Below are positions 8,296-17,052 of a DNA stretch of 64,000 nt, one piece after another; position 1 is the first letter of the stretch; every line of letters begins with the position of its first letter. The DNA lies in assembly GCA_963733455.1 (NCBI GenBank), contig CAVTDE010000010.1:9024-73023 (forward strand), written 5' to 3'. Origin of the DNA: an uncultured Bacteroidales bacterium (GTDB lineage Bacteria > Bacteroidota > Bacteroidia > Bacteroidales > VadinHA17). The translations under genes were made by a program, and so were the position numbers. A model generated the notes under the pieces. The model was not told the DNA's origin. It saw only the letters and a program-made list of their open reading frames with translations, and did not search any database.

Positions 8296-9566
8296 TAAAA
8301 TTTTTATTTAAAGGGATAATAAGGGATAAAAGCCGGAGTCTGCTTCCCGTAATTGTGGTGGCTCTGGGTGTTTTCCTGACCGTTTTTATGAGCGGCTTTC
8401 TGAAAGGTGTTTTCAGTGATGTAACGGATCTTAATGCAAAATTCACGACAGGACATGTAAAAATCCTTACCCGTGCTTATTCTGAAAATGCTGATCAGCA
8501 GCCTAACGATCTGGCCTTGCTGGGAGTAAAGGAACTTATCCGGAAACTGCAGACTGATTACCCGGATATGGAATGGGTAGAACGGATCCACACGGGAGGT
8601 TTGCTTGATGTCCCTGATTCACTGGGTGAAACACGGGGTCAGGGTCAGGCAGTCGGCACCGGAATCGATCTGCTTTCTCCCGGTTCCGGAGAAGTGGAAA
8701 GGATGAATATCAGGAAGTCCCTTGTGAAAGGCTCAATGCCATCACAGAGCGGGGAAGCCCTGATAAGCGATAATTTTGCCGGACGGTTCGGCGTATCTCC
8801 GGGTGACAAAATAACCTTGTTTGGTTCCACGATGAACGGAAGCATGATGTTCCACACATTTGTTGTCAGCGGTACACTAAGTTTTGGCAGCACAATCCTT
8901 GATCGCGGAGCAATATTCATGGACATTAGGGATGCACAACAGGCTCTTGACATGGATGATGCTGCAAGTGAGATACTTGGCTATTTCAGGGACGGGAAAT
9001 ACGACGATCTGAAAGCTCAGCAGGTGGAAACCTCTTTCAATTCAAAATACAGTAATGTCAATGATGAATTTTCACCAGTGATGTCGCGGCTTGTTGAGCA
9101 GGAGGGTCTGGGAGATTATCTGAAACTTGCCGAAAGCTCCAGCTCGATAATGAGTTTTATTTTCATAATCGCAATGTCGATCGTGTTATGGAATACGGGT
9201 TTGCTTGGTGGTTTACGAAGGTACAGCGAGTTTGGGGTAAGGCTTGCCCTTGGGGAAGAGAAGAAACATATTTATATAACCACAATTTATGAAGCGCTCC
9301 TCATCGGAGTAATCGGTACCGTTATCGGAACGGCCATGGGCCTGGGGGCGGCATACTACCTTCAAAATCACGGACTTGACATGTCGGCCGTTACGAAAAA
9401 TGTCGGGATGATGTTCCCTACAGTTTACAGAGCTGAGGTTACTCCTTCATTGTTCTATATCGGCTTCTTCCCGGGATTGATAGCAACTGCATTGGGAAGC
9501 TCCCTTGCGGGATTTGCAATTTATAAGAGAAGAACATCACAACTCTTTCATGAACTTGAAGTGTAG
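8292..9566 (+). CDS. ABC transporter permease, FtsX/MacB-like (second paralogue)
   Basis: Same architecture as 7129..8295. A 4-nt ATGA start/stop overlap indicates translational coupling. Confidence 0.85.
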   Translation: MIKFLFKGIIRDKSRSLLPVIVVALGVFLTVFMSGFLKGVFSDVTDLNAKFTTGHVKILTRAYSENADQQPNDLALLGVKELIRKLQTDYPDMEWVERIHTGGLLDVPDSLGETRGQGQAVGTGIDLLSPGSGEVERMNIRKSLVKGSMPSQSGEALISDNFAGRFGVSPGDKITLFGSTMNGSMMFHTFVVSGTLSFGSTILDRGAIFMDIRDAQQALDMDDAASEILGYFRDGKYDDLKAQQVETSFNSKYSNVNDEFSPVMSRLVEQEGLGDYLKLAESSSSIMSFIFIIAMSIVLWNTGLLGGLRRYSEFGVRLALGEEKKHIYITTIYEALLIGVIGTVIGTAMGLGAAYYLQNHGLDMSAVTKNVGMMFPTVYRAEVTPSLFYIGFFPGLIATALGSSLAGFAIYKRRTSQLFHELEV

Positions 9567-9581
9567 AAACGGAAGGCTCGA

Positions 9582-9690
9582 CCTCACCCCCTAAATCCCC
9601 CTCTCCCGGGGGGAGAAAGGGATTTAAGAAACGGGAGGCACACCTACACCCCCTAAATCCCCCTCTCCCGGGGTGAGAGGGGGACTTTTA
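9582..9690 (+). repeat. two tandem G/C-clamped hairpin units (ccctaaatccccctctcccgggg.gaga..ggg); the second is followed by a T-run and could act as a terminator
   Basis: Unit 1 about 9582-9640, unit 2 about 9643-9685, then ttttaaaaa. Related ccccctctc...gagaggggg motifs at 10822-10840 and 29900-29930. Confidence 0.6.
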
Positions 9691-9712
9691 AAAATGTTTT
9701 AAAAATTGTAAA

Positions 9713-10447
9713 ATGAAAAAGATGTTAGTTCTGGTTGTATCAACCATATTTTTAATGAGTTTCACAGGTCCTGACGCAAATGAGATACTCAATAAGGTTG
9801 ACAAAAACATGTCATCGAAGAACAGGGTTTTTGAATCGGAGATGATAATCCATGGCCGCCGTACAAGCCGTACGATTACTTCGAAATCATATTCGGCGGG
9901 TACAAAACAGTCATTCACGGAGTACCTTTCCCCTGCCAGGGAACAGGGCACTAAAATGCTTAAGCTTGAGAATCAGCTGTGGATTTATTCACCTTCAACC
10001 GACCGCATCATTCAGATCTCAGGTCATATGCTCCGGCAATCTGTAATGGGCTCTGACCTGTCATATGAAGATATGATGGATGACCGGAAGCTTACTGATA
10101 TTTATTCTGCCGAAGTAGCCGGTACTGAGACTATTGACGGGAGAAATACTTATGTACTCAGCCTTAAGGCAAAAGTTGATGATGCTGCTTATTTCTCTCA
10201 GAAGATATGGGTAGATACCGAGCGCTTTGTTCCATTGAAGCAGGAGATGTTTGCCAAAAGCGGTCAGCTTCTCAAACGGACAATACTTACCAACGTTAAG
10301 CAGGTTCAGGGCCGGTGGTTTCCGATGACCGTCAATTATAAAGATGTACTTAAAGAAGGGGATGGGACTGATTTCAGAATTACAAGTGTGAAATTTGACC
10401 AGGTAATTCCGGATTATATCTTTACAAAGGCAGCTTTGAAGAAATAA
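9713..10447 (+). CDS. LolA-like outer membrane lipoprotein-sorting protein
   Basis: Signal peptide, about 240 aa, beta-rich. Typical position after paired FtsX permeases. Family call comes from recollection of LolA_like proteins in such clusters. Confidence 0.65.
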   Translation: MKKMLVLVVSTIFLMSFTGPDANEILNKVDKNMSSKNRVFESEMIIHGRRTSRTITSKSYSAGTKQSFTEYLSPAREQGTKMLKLENQLWIYSPSTDRIIQISGHMLRQSVMGSDLSYEDMMDDRKLTDIYSAEVAGTETIDGRNTYVLSLKAKVDDAAYFSQKIWVDTERFVPLKQEMFAKSGQLLKRTILTNVKQVQGRWFPMTVNYKDVLKEGDGTDFRITSVKFDQVIPDYIFTKAALKK

Positions 10448-10534
10448 TTAAGGTCAGACACTCCTCCAGGGGCATAGCCGTCAACCTAAGAGTTATTTTC
10501 GTAAAAAGAGATCTGCTATTCTATAATAAAATTG

Positions 10535-10684
10535 GAGTTGTTGAAAAAGTCATTTTTAACCGCAAAGCACTCTAAGAAGCGCAAAGAACGCAAAGCTAAA
10601 TCACATAAATTCATCTCTTTGCGAACTTTGCGTAAATTCTTTGCGTCCTCTGCGGTTAATGGATTTGGACTTTTTCAACAACCC
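10535..10684 (+). repeat. Rep-A copy 1: roughly 150-bp imperfect palindrome built from CGCAAAG / CTTTGCG motifs (MITE-like)
   Basis: gttgttgaaaaagtc...aaccgcaaag..gcgcaaag..cgcaaag | ctttgcg..ctttgcg..ctttgcg..ctgcggtt...gactttttcaacaac. Four copies in the window, all intergenic. Confidence 0.85.
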
Positions 10685-10865
10685 CAAAGTTATTTTCTTG
10701 CTACTTAAGACATTGAGCCTAGGGGCAAAAGCAATCTGTTCAACTTTTTCCCTAGTTGAATAAGCCTCTATATTATATGCATTTACTTAAATATCTATCG
10801 TTAGGTTGACGGCTATGGATTGAGGGGGAGAGGCCGCACATTTAATATGTCTTTTATTTAATTAA

Positions 10866-10933
10866 AATACTGCTTTTATTTGAAAGAAATACTGCTTTTA
10901 ATACTGCTTTTATTTGAAAGAAATACTGCTTTT
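10866..10933 (+). repeat. direct tandem repeat, 2 x 34 bp (aatactgcttttatttgaaagaaatactgctttt)
   Basis: Read directly. Units at 10866-10899 and 10900-10933 are identical, and each contains atactgctttt twice. Confidence 0.9.
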
Positions 10934-10999
10934 AATACGTATTTCTTTTTTGTAATCAATTTTTCAATGAATTGACAGGCAGGCATTGATTTAAAGGTT

Positions 11000-11045
11000 T
11001 GGCGTCTTCGGGGGTTATTCAAATTTGTCTCTTTCAGAGACGGCT
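11000..11045. repeat. Rep-E copy 2 (partial)
   Basis: ggcgtcttcgggggttattcaaatttgtctctttcagagacgg matches the core of 4176-4290. Confidence 0.65.
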
Positions 11046-11172
11046 AAAGGCAGTAGACGAAAATTGAAATCCGTTAAAGAGACTTAAAATTTCCCATAAA
11101 TCACACAGATTTAGCGGGATTTTAAATACTAAAACCAAACTCAAAGCCCCCCATTTGGGGGGTTGGGGGGTT

Positions 11173-11236
11173 GAGGGGTGGCCGGGACTATTGACTTTTA
11201 GACGTTTACAAATTTGCTTTCCAGGCCAGGGTGGTT
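11173..11236 (+). repeat. Rep-F copy 1 (GAGGGGTGGCC ... GGCC.GGGTGGTT)
   Basis: gaggggtggccgggactattgacttttagacgtttacaaatttgctttccaggccagggtggtt is nearly identical to 29396-29458. Confidence 0.8.
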
Positions 11237-11384
11237 GCCAGCAGAAAAAAGTTAGTCAATGGCTTTCTCACCCACAATTGTTTTTGTTAAGCTGAAAACA
11301 AAAGGAGGAGCATGAGTGTTGTAATATATTGAAACGTTGTCGGCTTGCGATCCATGTTGTTCTTTAACTCTCACTTGATATAAG

Positions 11385-14300
11385 ATGAAAACAGGCTGTC
11401 GGATTAAATTGCTGGTTCTGCTCTTTTTTTCATCACTCTGGTTTTTGCAATTAAATGCCCAGCAACCAGTTACAGGAATAGTTACTGACGATAAAAACTC
11501 TCCCCTTCCGGGAGTCTCTGTTCAGGTTAAAAACACACTCAGGGGAACCTTTTCAGGAGCAGATGGTGAATATTCAATTGTAGCCTCACCAAATGATACC
11601 CTTATATTCTCGATGGTCGGCATGGCCCAGCAAATAATACCTGTTGGCAACAGGACCAAAATCGACGTTAAGCTTCTCATCGAAGCATCACTCCTTAACG
11701 AAGTTGTTGTCGTCGGATATGGGTCACAAAAGTACAGGGATCTTACTGCTCCCATTGTTACGATGAAAGGAGAGGACCTGAATAAGCAGATTACCTCAAA
11801 TCCTGTTCAGGCCCTTCAGGGAAAGATCTCGGGAGTTCAGGTAATTAACAGCGGCATCCCGGGTAGCGGGTCGCTTGTCAAGATCCGGGGAGTGGGTTCC
11901 ATCGGGGATTATGCCAATCCTCTCTATGTTGTCGACGGTGTTTTTGTCGATAATATTAATTTCCTTAGTTCAGGTGATATTGAGGACCTTACGGTTCTTA
12001 AAGATGCTTCCTCCGCAGCAATTTACGGTGTGAGGGCTGCTAACGGGGTCATACTTATCACAACGAAAAAAGGTACGACCGAAAAGCCTGTTATAAACTA
12101 CGACGGATATTTCGGATACCAGCTTCCGGTAAATATCCTGCCAATGGCTTCCCGCGATCAATATGTCACCCTTATAAATGAGGCGAACATGAATTCTCCG
12201 GGCTATGTCCCGAAGTCACCTTCCGATTACCCTGCTTCCACTGACTGGTATCAGCAGCTTGTCAGACCGGCGAGTACAACCAACCACAGCCTTGACATAT
12301 CGGGTTCGAATAATAAAACTTCATATTCCCTGGGTGGAAGCTATTTTTATCAGCAGGGGATCATGGACATAAAGAATGATTACAACCGATTCAATTTCAG
12401 GGGCAGGCTCGATCAGACCGTAAATAAAGTTCTGAAGATCGGGCTGAACAGCCTTTTATCAAAGTACGGAAAGACAATTCCTAACGACGGTGCATTCTTC
12501 GGAGCATATGTTAACCCCCCGGTTTACCCGGTTTACGATCCCGGGAATGCTGATGCCTATCCTGTAAAGTTCACATCACCGCAGGAGTTCGGGTTCGGTA
12601 ACCAGTATGGCAATCCGGTTGCGGCAGCTTATTATAATGACAATGTTGAAAAAGGGATAGAACTGGTTTTCAGCAGTTATGCTGAATTTAACATCATAAG
12701 CAACAAACTTGTTTATAAGGTATCATACAACACCGATCTGAATTACTATAATTCACGCAATTATACTCCTCAGTTCAATGTCGGAGGATCACAGGGGGTC
12801 CTGAAATCAAATCTCTCAAAAACTTCGGGAAATTCTTCAAAGCAGATAATTGATAACCTCCTGACCTATACTGGTAAATCGGGGAACAACAATATCTCGG
12901 TAATGCTTGGGCAGTCGACCCGGCTTGAGCGTTCCGGGTTTCTGACAGGTTCTGCCGTTGATGTTCCGGGATATGACGAACAGTCCAAATACATAGTTAC
13001 CGGCTCGTTCAGCGACCGAAATGCAACAGATGGAGCCGCAGCCTACAACGGGTTGTCATTTTTTACCCGCGGAACCTACAACTACAATGACAAATACCTT
13101 TTGACATTTACGTTCAGGGCAGATGCAAGCTCGAAATACCAGCAAAAATGGGGCTATTTCCCATCTGTAGGATTTGGCTGGATCCTGTCGGATGAAACAT
13201 TTATGAAGAAATTGAAAAACTTCAATTTTCTCAAGCTGAGGGCAAGCTGGGGCCTTTTGGGCAACGATAACGTTCCGGCCAATTCAGCGGTAACCCTCGG
13301 TCAGACCGGCGCCGGTGCCTCAGCCGTATTTGACGACAGGCTGGTAACAGGAGTCGGAGCCCAGACAGTAGTTCAGAATTACCTCAAGTGGGAGGTTGTG
13401 AATGAATATGATATCGGAACCGATTTTACCTTATTCGGGAACAAGTTGTCCGGAAGCCTTGATTATTATCACCGTCTTACAAGCAATGTTGTATTTTTTG
13501 CCCCGATTGCCACAGGAGGAGGTGTTGCAGAGCTTCTTGGCAATAATGGGAGCGTTCTGAATAACGGTATAGAACTTAACATCACCTTGAGAAAAAAGAT
13601 CTCAGATCTTTTTACATACAATCTCGGTGTGAATGTCACGACAATACATAACAAAGTAACAAAGCTCCAGGGCCGCGATTACATACCCGGTGCACTTGTC
13701 AGGGGTAATTATGCAACCAGGACTCAGGTAGGGCATCCGATAGGATCTTTTTATGGTTATGAAATCGATCACGTGTACCAGAGTGCGGCTGATGCCTTAC
13801 TGGACCCTGTAAGTCAAGCCGTTAAAAGTGCAGGCTTCTTCAGGTATAAAGATCAGAACGGGGATAATGTCATAAATGAAAGTGATAAGGTTTTTTTGGG
13901 TAGTGCGGTCCCGTGGCTTATTGGAGGGGTCGAATTTGGTTTTAGTTACAGAAAGATTGATTTAAGTCTGTCGCTGCAGGGCCAGTACGGAAATAAAATT
14001 CTCAACGCAAAGAGGATGAACAGGGATGTATTTGTTGATGGAAATTACGACAGGGATTTTTATAATAACAGGTGGACTCCCGATAAAAAATCATCAAAAT
14101 ACCCTTCGGCTGAAGCTTATAATTATTCATTCATCCAGCAGCCAAATGACTTTTTTGTTGAGAATGGCGCTTACATACGCATTCAGAATTTGCAGGTCGG
14201 ATATAATATAGATGGCATAAGCTTTATCCCCAACCTGAGGATTTACATTTCCGCACAGAGGCCGTATACCTTTTTTACCTATAAAGGATTTACTCCCGAG

Positions 14301-14390
14301 GTGGGAGGATCACCGATCAGCAGTGGCATTGACAATTCAGTCTATCCGTTGCAGGCGATCTATTCTCTTGGAGTTAAAATGAGCTTTTAG
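11385..14390 (+). CDS. susC: SusC/RagA family TonB-dependent outer membrane receptor
   Basis: 1001 aa. Signal peptide, carboxypeptidase-regulatory-like N-domain (VTGIVTDDKNSPLPGVSVQVKNT), plug (VVVVGYGSQK) and a C-terminal barrel ending in F. Followed at 18 nt by SusD. No STN-type N-terminal extension visible. Confidence 0.9.
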   Translation: MKTGCRIKLLVLLFFSSLWFLQLNAQQPVTGIVTDDKNSPLPGVSVQVKNTLRGTFSGADGEYSIVASPNDTLIFSMVGMAQQIIPVGNRTKIDVKLLIEASLLNEVVVVGYGSQKYRDLTAPIVTMKGEDLNKQITSNPVQALQGKISGVQVINSGIPGSGSLVKIRGVGSIGDYANPLYVVDGVFVDNINFLSSGDIEDLTVLKDASSAAIYGVRAANGVILITTKKGTTEKPVINYDGYFGYQLPVNILPMASRDQYVTLINEANMNSPGYVPKSPSDYPASTDWYQQLVRPASTTNHSLDISGSNNKTSYSLGGSYFYQQGIMDIKNDYNRFNFRGRLDQTVNKVLKIGLNSLLSKYGKTIPNDGAFFGAYVNPPVYPVYDPGNADAYPVKFTSPQEFGFGNQYGNPVAAAYYNDNVEKGIELVFSSYAEFNIISNKLVYKVSYNTDLNYYNSRNYTPQFNVGGSQGVLKSNLSKTSGNSSKQIIDNLLTYTGKSGNNNISVMLGQSTRLERSGFLTGSAVDVPGYDEQSKYIVTGSFSDRNATDGAAAYNGLSFFTRGTYNYNDKYLLTFTFRADASSKYQQKWGYFPSVGFGWILSDETFMKKLKNFNFLKLRASWGLLGNDNVPANSAVTLGQTGAGASAVFDDRLVTGVGAQTVVQNYLKWEVVNEYDIGTDFTLFGNKLSGSLDYYHRLTSNVVFFAPIATGGGVAELLGNNGSVLNNGIELNITLRKKISDLFTYNLGVNVTTIHNKVTKLQGRDYIPGALVRGNYATRTQVGHPIGSFYGYEIDHVYQSAADALLDPVSQAVKSAGFFRYKDQNGDNVINESDKVFLGSAVPWLIGGVEFGFSYRKIDLSLSLQGQYGNKILNAKRMNRDVFVDGNYDRDFYNNRWTPDKKSSKYPSAEAYNYSFIQQPNDFFVENGAYIRIQNLQVGYNIDGISFIPNLRIYISAQRPYTFFTYKGFTPEVGGSPISSGIDNSVYPLQAIYSLGVKMSF

Positions 14391-14408
14391 CAATAAACAG
14401 TTCAGTCT

Positions 14409-15899
14409 ATGAAGAACGCAAGAAATATATTAATTTGTTTAATAGGGGTTTTGGCTTTAACGCACTGTAAGAAATTTCTGGATATACGTCCTGAAGCCAC
14501 AGTTCCCTCGGCAGGTATGGATTATACCAAATCCGAAAATATATTTCTCCCCATAAGTGCAGCCTATGCAAAATTACGTGATTACGGCGCTCATGTTTTC
14601 CCATATATCGGGGCATTTGAAATTACATCTGATAATGCGGATAAGGGAAGTACCCCGGAGGATAATCCTCCGATGGCTGAGCTGGATAATTTCACATTCC
14701 AGTCGACCAGCAGTCTTATGAATGATCTGTGGACAGGTTACTTTGACATAGTCAGCGGCGCTAATTATGCCATTCACCAGATGCCCCTGTTTGAGGATGC
14801 ATTACCTAACAGCGGTGACAAACTATATGCCCGTCAATGTCAGGCTGAAGTCAAGACCATCAGAGCATATGCTTATTTCAACCTCACAAGGCTATTCGGC
14901 AGAGTCCCGATTATTGACACGATCCTGACCTCACAGCAACTTTCTTCCGTTCACCAGGCAACAACGCAGGAGCTTTATACCTTTATCGAAAAAGACCTGG
15001 GAGAGGCAATTCCGGTTCTGCCCGGGTCGTACACCAAAGAGTGGGCCGGCAGGATCAACAGGTATACAGCGATGGCCCTGAAAGCAAAGGTACACCTGTA
15101 TGCGCAGGAATGGGATTCAGTTGCAAGCTTAACCGGCCGGATAATTGCCTCGGGCAGGTTCGGACTCCTTCCGACTTTCAGGGATGAATTCAGTATTGAC
15201 GGAGAAAACAGCCGTGAATCGCTATTTGAAATACAGAGCTCAACACTTGGAAAAACAACCGGGGATCAGACCTACCTTGAGTATGCCTATGTTCAGGGTC
15301 CCAGGGGAAATAGTCCGGCAGGAATGCAGGGCTGGGGATTCTGCACTCCAAGCCAGAACCTTATTGACTTCTTTAATTCACGGGGCGAATTGATCAGGCC
15401 TGCGACAACCTTACTTTACCGGGGAACCAAAACTCCTGAAGGAGACAGTATTAAAACCATCTGTTCAAACCCGGTTTATAATGGTAAAGTATATACTCCA
15501 TTGATCTTTAATAAATGGAACTTCAATGGTTACGGATTCGACTACAATATACGCATCCTTAGATACTCCGACGTTCTCCTGATGTATGCAGAAGCTAAAC
15601 TCAGGGGTGCGACCGTACTGGATGCCGCGGGTCTGACCGCTGACCAGGCAATTAACCTGGTCAGAAGCCGGGCAGGACTGACTGATCTTACAGGTGCAAC
15701 TCTCCAGCAGGTCCTGGATGAGCGAAGGGCGGAGCTGGCTCTGGAGGAAGACAGGTTCATGGACCTTGTACGGACAGGGCAGGCAGCAACAGCGCTTGGG
15801 GTGAAAGGATTCAGGTCTCAGAAAAATGAACTCTTCCCTATACCTGCTGCACAAATGCAACTCAATACGAATTTAACACAGAATCAGGGTTATAACTGA
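14409..15899 (+). CDS. susD: SusD/RagB family nutrient-binding outer membrane lipoprotein
   Basis: Lipoprotein signal (LALTHC), about 500 aa, TPR-like helical composition. C-terminal ERRxELxxEExRFxDL(V)R motif (ERRAELALEEDRFMDLVR). Confidence 0.9.
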   Translation: MKNARNILICLIGVLALTHCKKFLDIRPEATVPSAGMDYTKSENIFLPISAAYAKLRDYGAHVFPYIGAFEITSDNADKGSTPEDNPPMAELDNFTFQSTSSLMNDLWTGYFDIVSGANYAIHQMPLFEDALPNSGDKLYARQCQAEVKTIRAYAYFNLTRLFGRVPIIDTILTSQQLSSVHQATTQELYTFIEKDLGEAIPVLPGSYTKEWAGRINRYTAMALKAKVHLYAQEWDSVASLTGRIIASGRFGLLPTFRDEFSIDGENSRESLFEIQSSTLGKTTGDQTYLEYAYVQGPRGNSPAGMQGWGFCTPSQNLIDFFNSRGELIRPATTLLYRGTKTPEGDSIKTICSNPVYNGKVYTPLIFNKWNFNGYGFDYNIRILRYSDVLLMYAEAKLRGATVLDAAGLTADQAINLVRSRAGLTDLTGATLQQVLDERRAELALEEDRFMDLVRTGQAATALGVKGFRSQKNELFPIPAAQMQLNTNLTQNQGYN

Positions 15900-15931
15900 T
15901 AGAAGAAAAGGAATTTCTTTAATTAATTAAA

Positions 15932-16819
15932 ATGAAAATGAAAAAATCTGGTAACATCAGCAGTGCATTATTATTTATAATGCTCTTTGCAGGACTGGTG
16001 ATTTCATCCTGCAGCAAAAGTAGTAACAATAACAACGGAGGGAAGATTGATCCCAGTACTATTGCAACCTCGAATCTGATTGCATATTTTCCCTTTGAAA
16101 ACAATGGCAATGATGCTATTTCATTGATGGCCCCCACGCAATCTCCCAATGTGACCTATGTCACAGGACAAAGAGGAAAAGCCTACCAGGGCGCTAATGG
16201 AGCTTTCTTCCTTTACGATCTTCCTGCTGCCAGTAAGCTCAAGACTTTAAAAGCCTTTACTGTTGCTATGTGGTTTTATGGTGCCCCGGCGCCTCAGGAG
16301 GTAGTTCCGGTACCGGGTATCCTGCAGATAAACGGTACAACCGATCCTGTCTGGGGAAATATGGTACTTACCCAGGACAGAATGCCGGCTACGGCCGATA
16401 CTCTTAATCTTAAAATGGTGTTCCACAAGGAAGGTGTGGCATGGAACAACCAGTTTGTCGGATTTGCAAATAAAGCATTTGTTCAGAACATCTGGCTTCA
16501 TCTGGCATTTACTTATGACAATGCCACTTCTAAATACATGGTCTATGTGAACGGGAACCCCCTCGTGCTGGCCGATGATATCACCATCAGATGGGCAGAT
16601 GCACCTGAAGTTTCTCCACGTCCGCCACTGGGTGATCTGGCATTTGTTGATGCAACTCAGTTTGCCATAGGGGGCTGGATAAAAAAGATATTAGGCGGGA
16701 CCGACGATTTTATGGGGAATTTCATGGGCAAAATGGATGAGCTCAGGATTTACGATAAAGGTCTGACGGCTGCTGATGTTAAAGCATTGTTCGAAGCTGA
16801 AGTGACCCAGCTCCCCTGA
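15932..16819 (+). CDS. LamG/concanavalin-A-like domain lipoprotein (candidate surface glycan-binding protein of the PUL)
   Basis: Lipobox VISSCSKSS. C-terminal MDELRIYDKGLTAADVKALFEAE is the characteristic LamG_3 ending. Positioned directly after SusD. Confidence 0.6.
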   Translation: MKMKKSGNISSALLFIMLFAGLVISSCSKSSNNNNGGKIDPSTIATSNLIAYFPFENNGNDAISLMAPTQSPNVTYVTGQRGKAYQGANGAFFLYDLPAASKLKTLKAFTVAMWFYGAPAPQEVVPVPGILQINGTTDPVWGNMVLTQDRMPATADTLNLKMVFHKEGVAWNNQFVGFANKAFVQNIWLHLAFTYDNATSKYMVYVNGNPLVLADDITIRWADAPEVSPRPPLGDLAFVDATQFAIGGWIKKILGGTDDFMGNFMGKMDELRIYDKGLTAADVKALFEAEVTQLP

Positions 16820-16871
16820 TTAACCTAAGTTGCTGGTTACTGGTTGCTGGTTGGTCAATCGCGATTGGGGA

Positions 16872-17019
16872 TGTATAACAAGTCTAAATCCATTAACCGC
16901 AAAGAGCGCGAAGGATTTTCGCAAAGGTCGCAAAGAAGAACTAATTAATAACGTTTTAACTTTGCGTCCTTGGCGCCTTCTTAGCGTACTTTGCGGTTAA
17001 GAAAGGCTTTTTCACCAAC
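16872..17019 (-). repeat. Rep-A copy 2 (inverted relative to copy 1)
   Basis: agtctaaatccattaaccgcaaagagcgcgaagg...cgcaaaggtcgcaaag | ctttgcgtcc..ttagcgtactttgcggttaag. Lies between the LamG gene and the first glucoamylase-like gene. Confidence 0.8.
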
Positions 17020-17052
17020 TCTGTAAGTTTTTTTATTTATAACTTCACTGAA

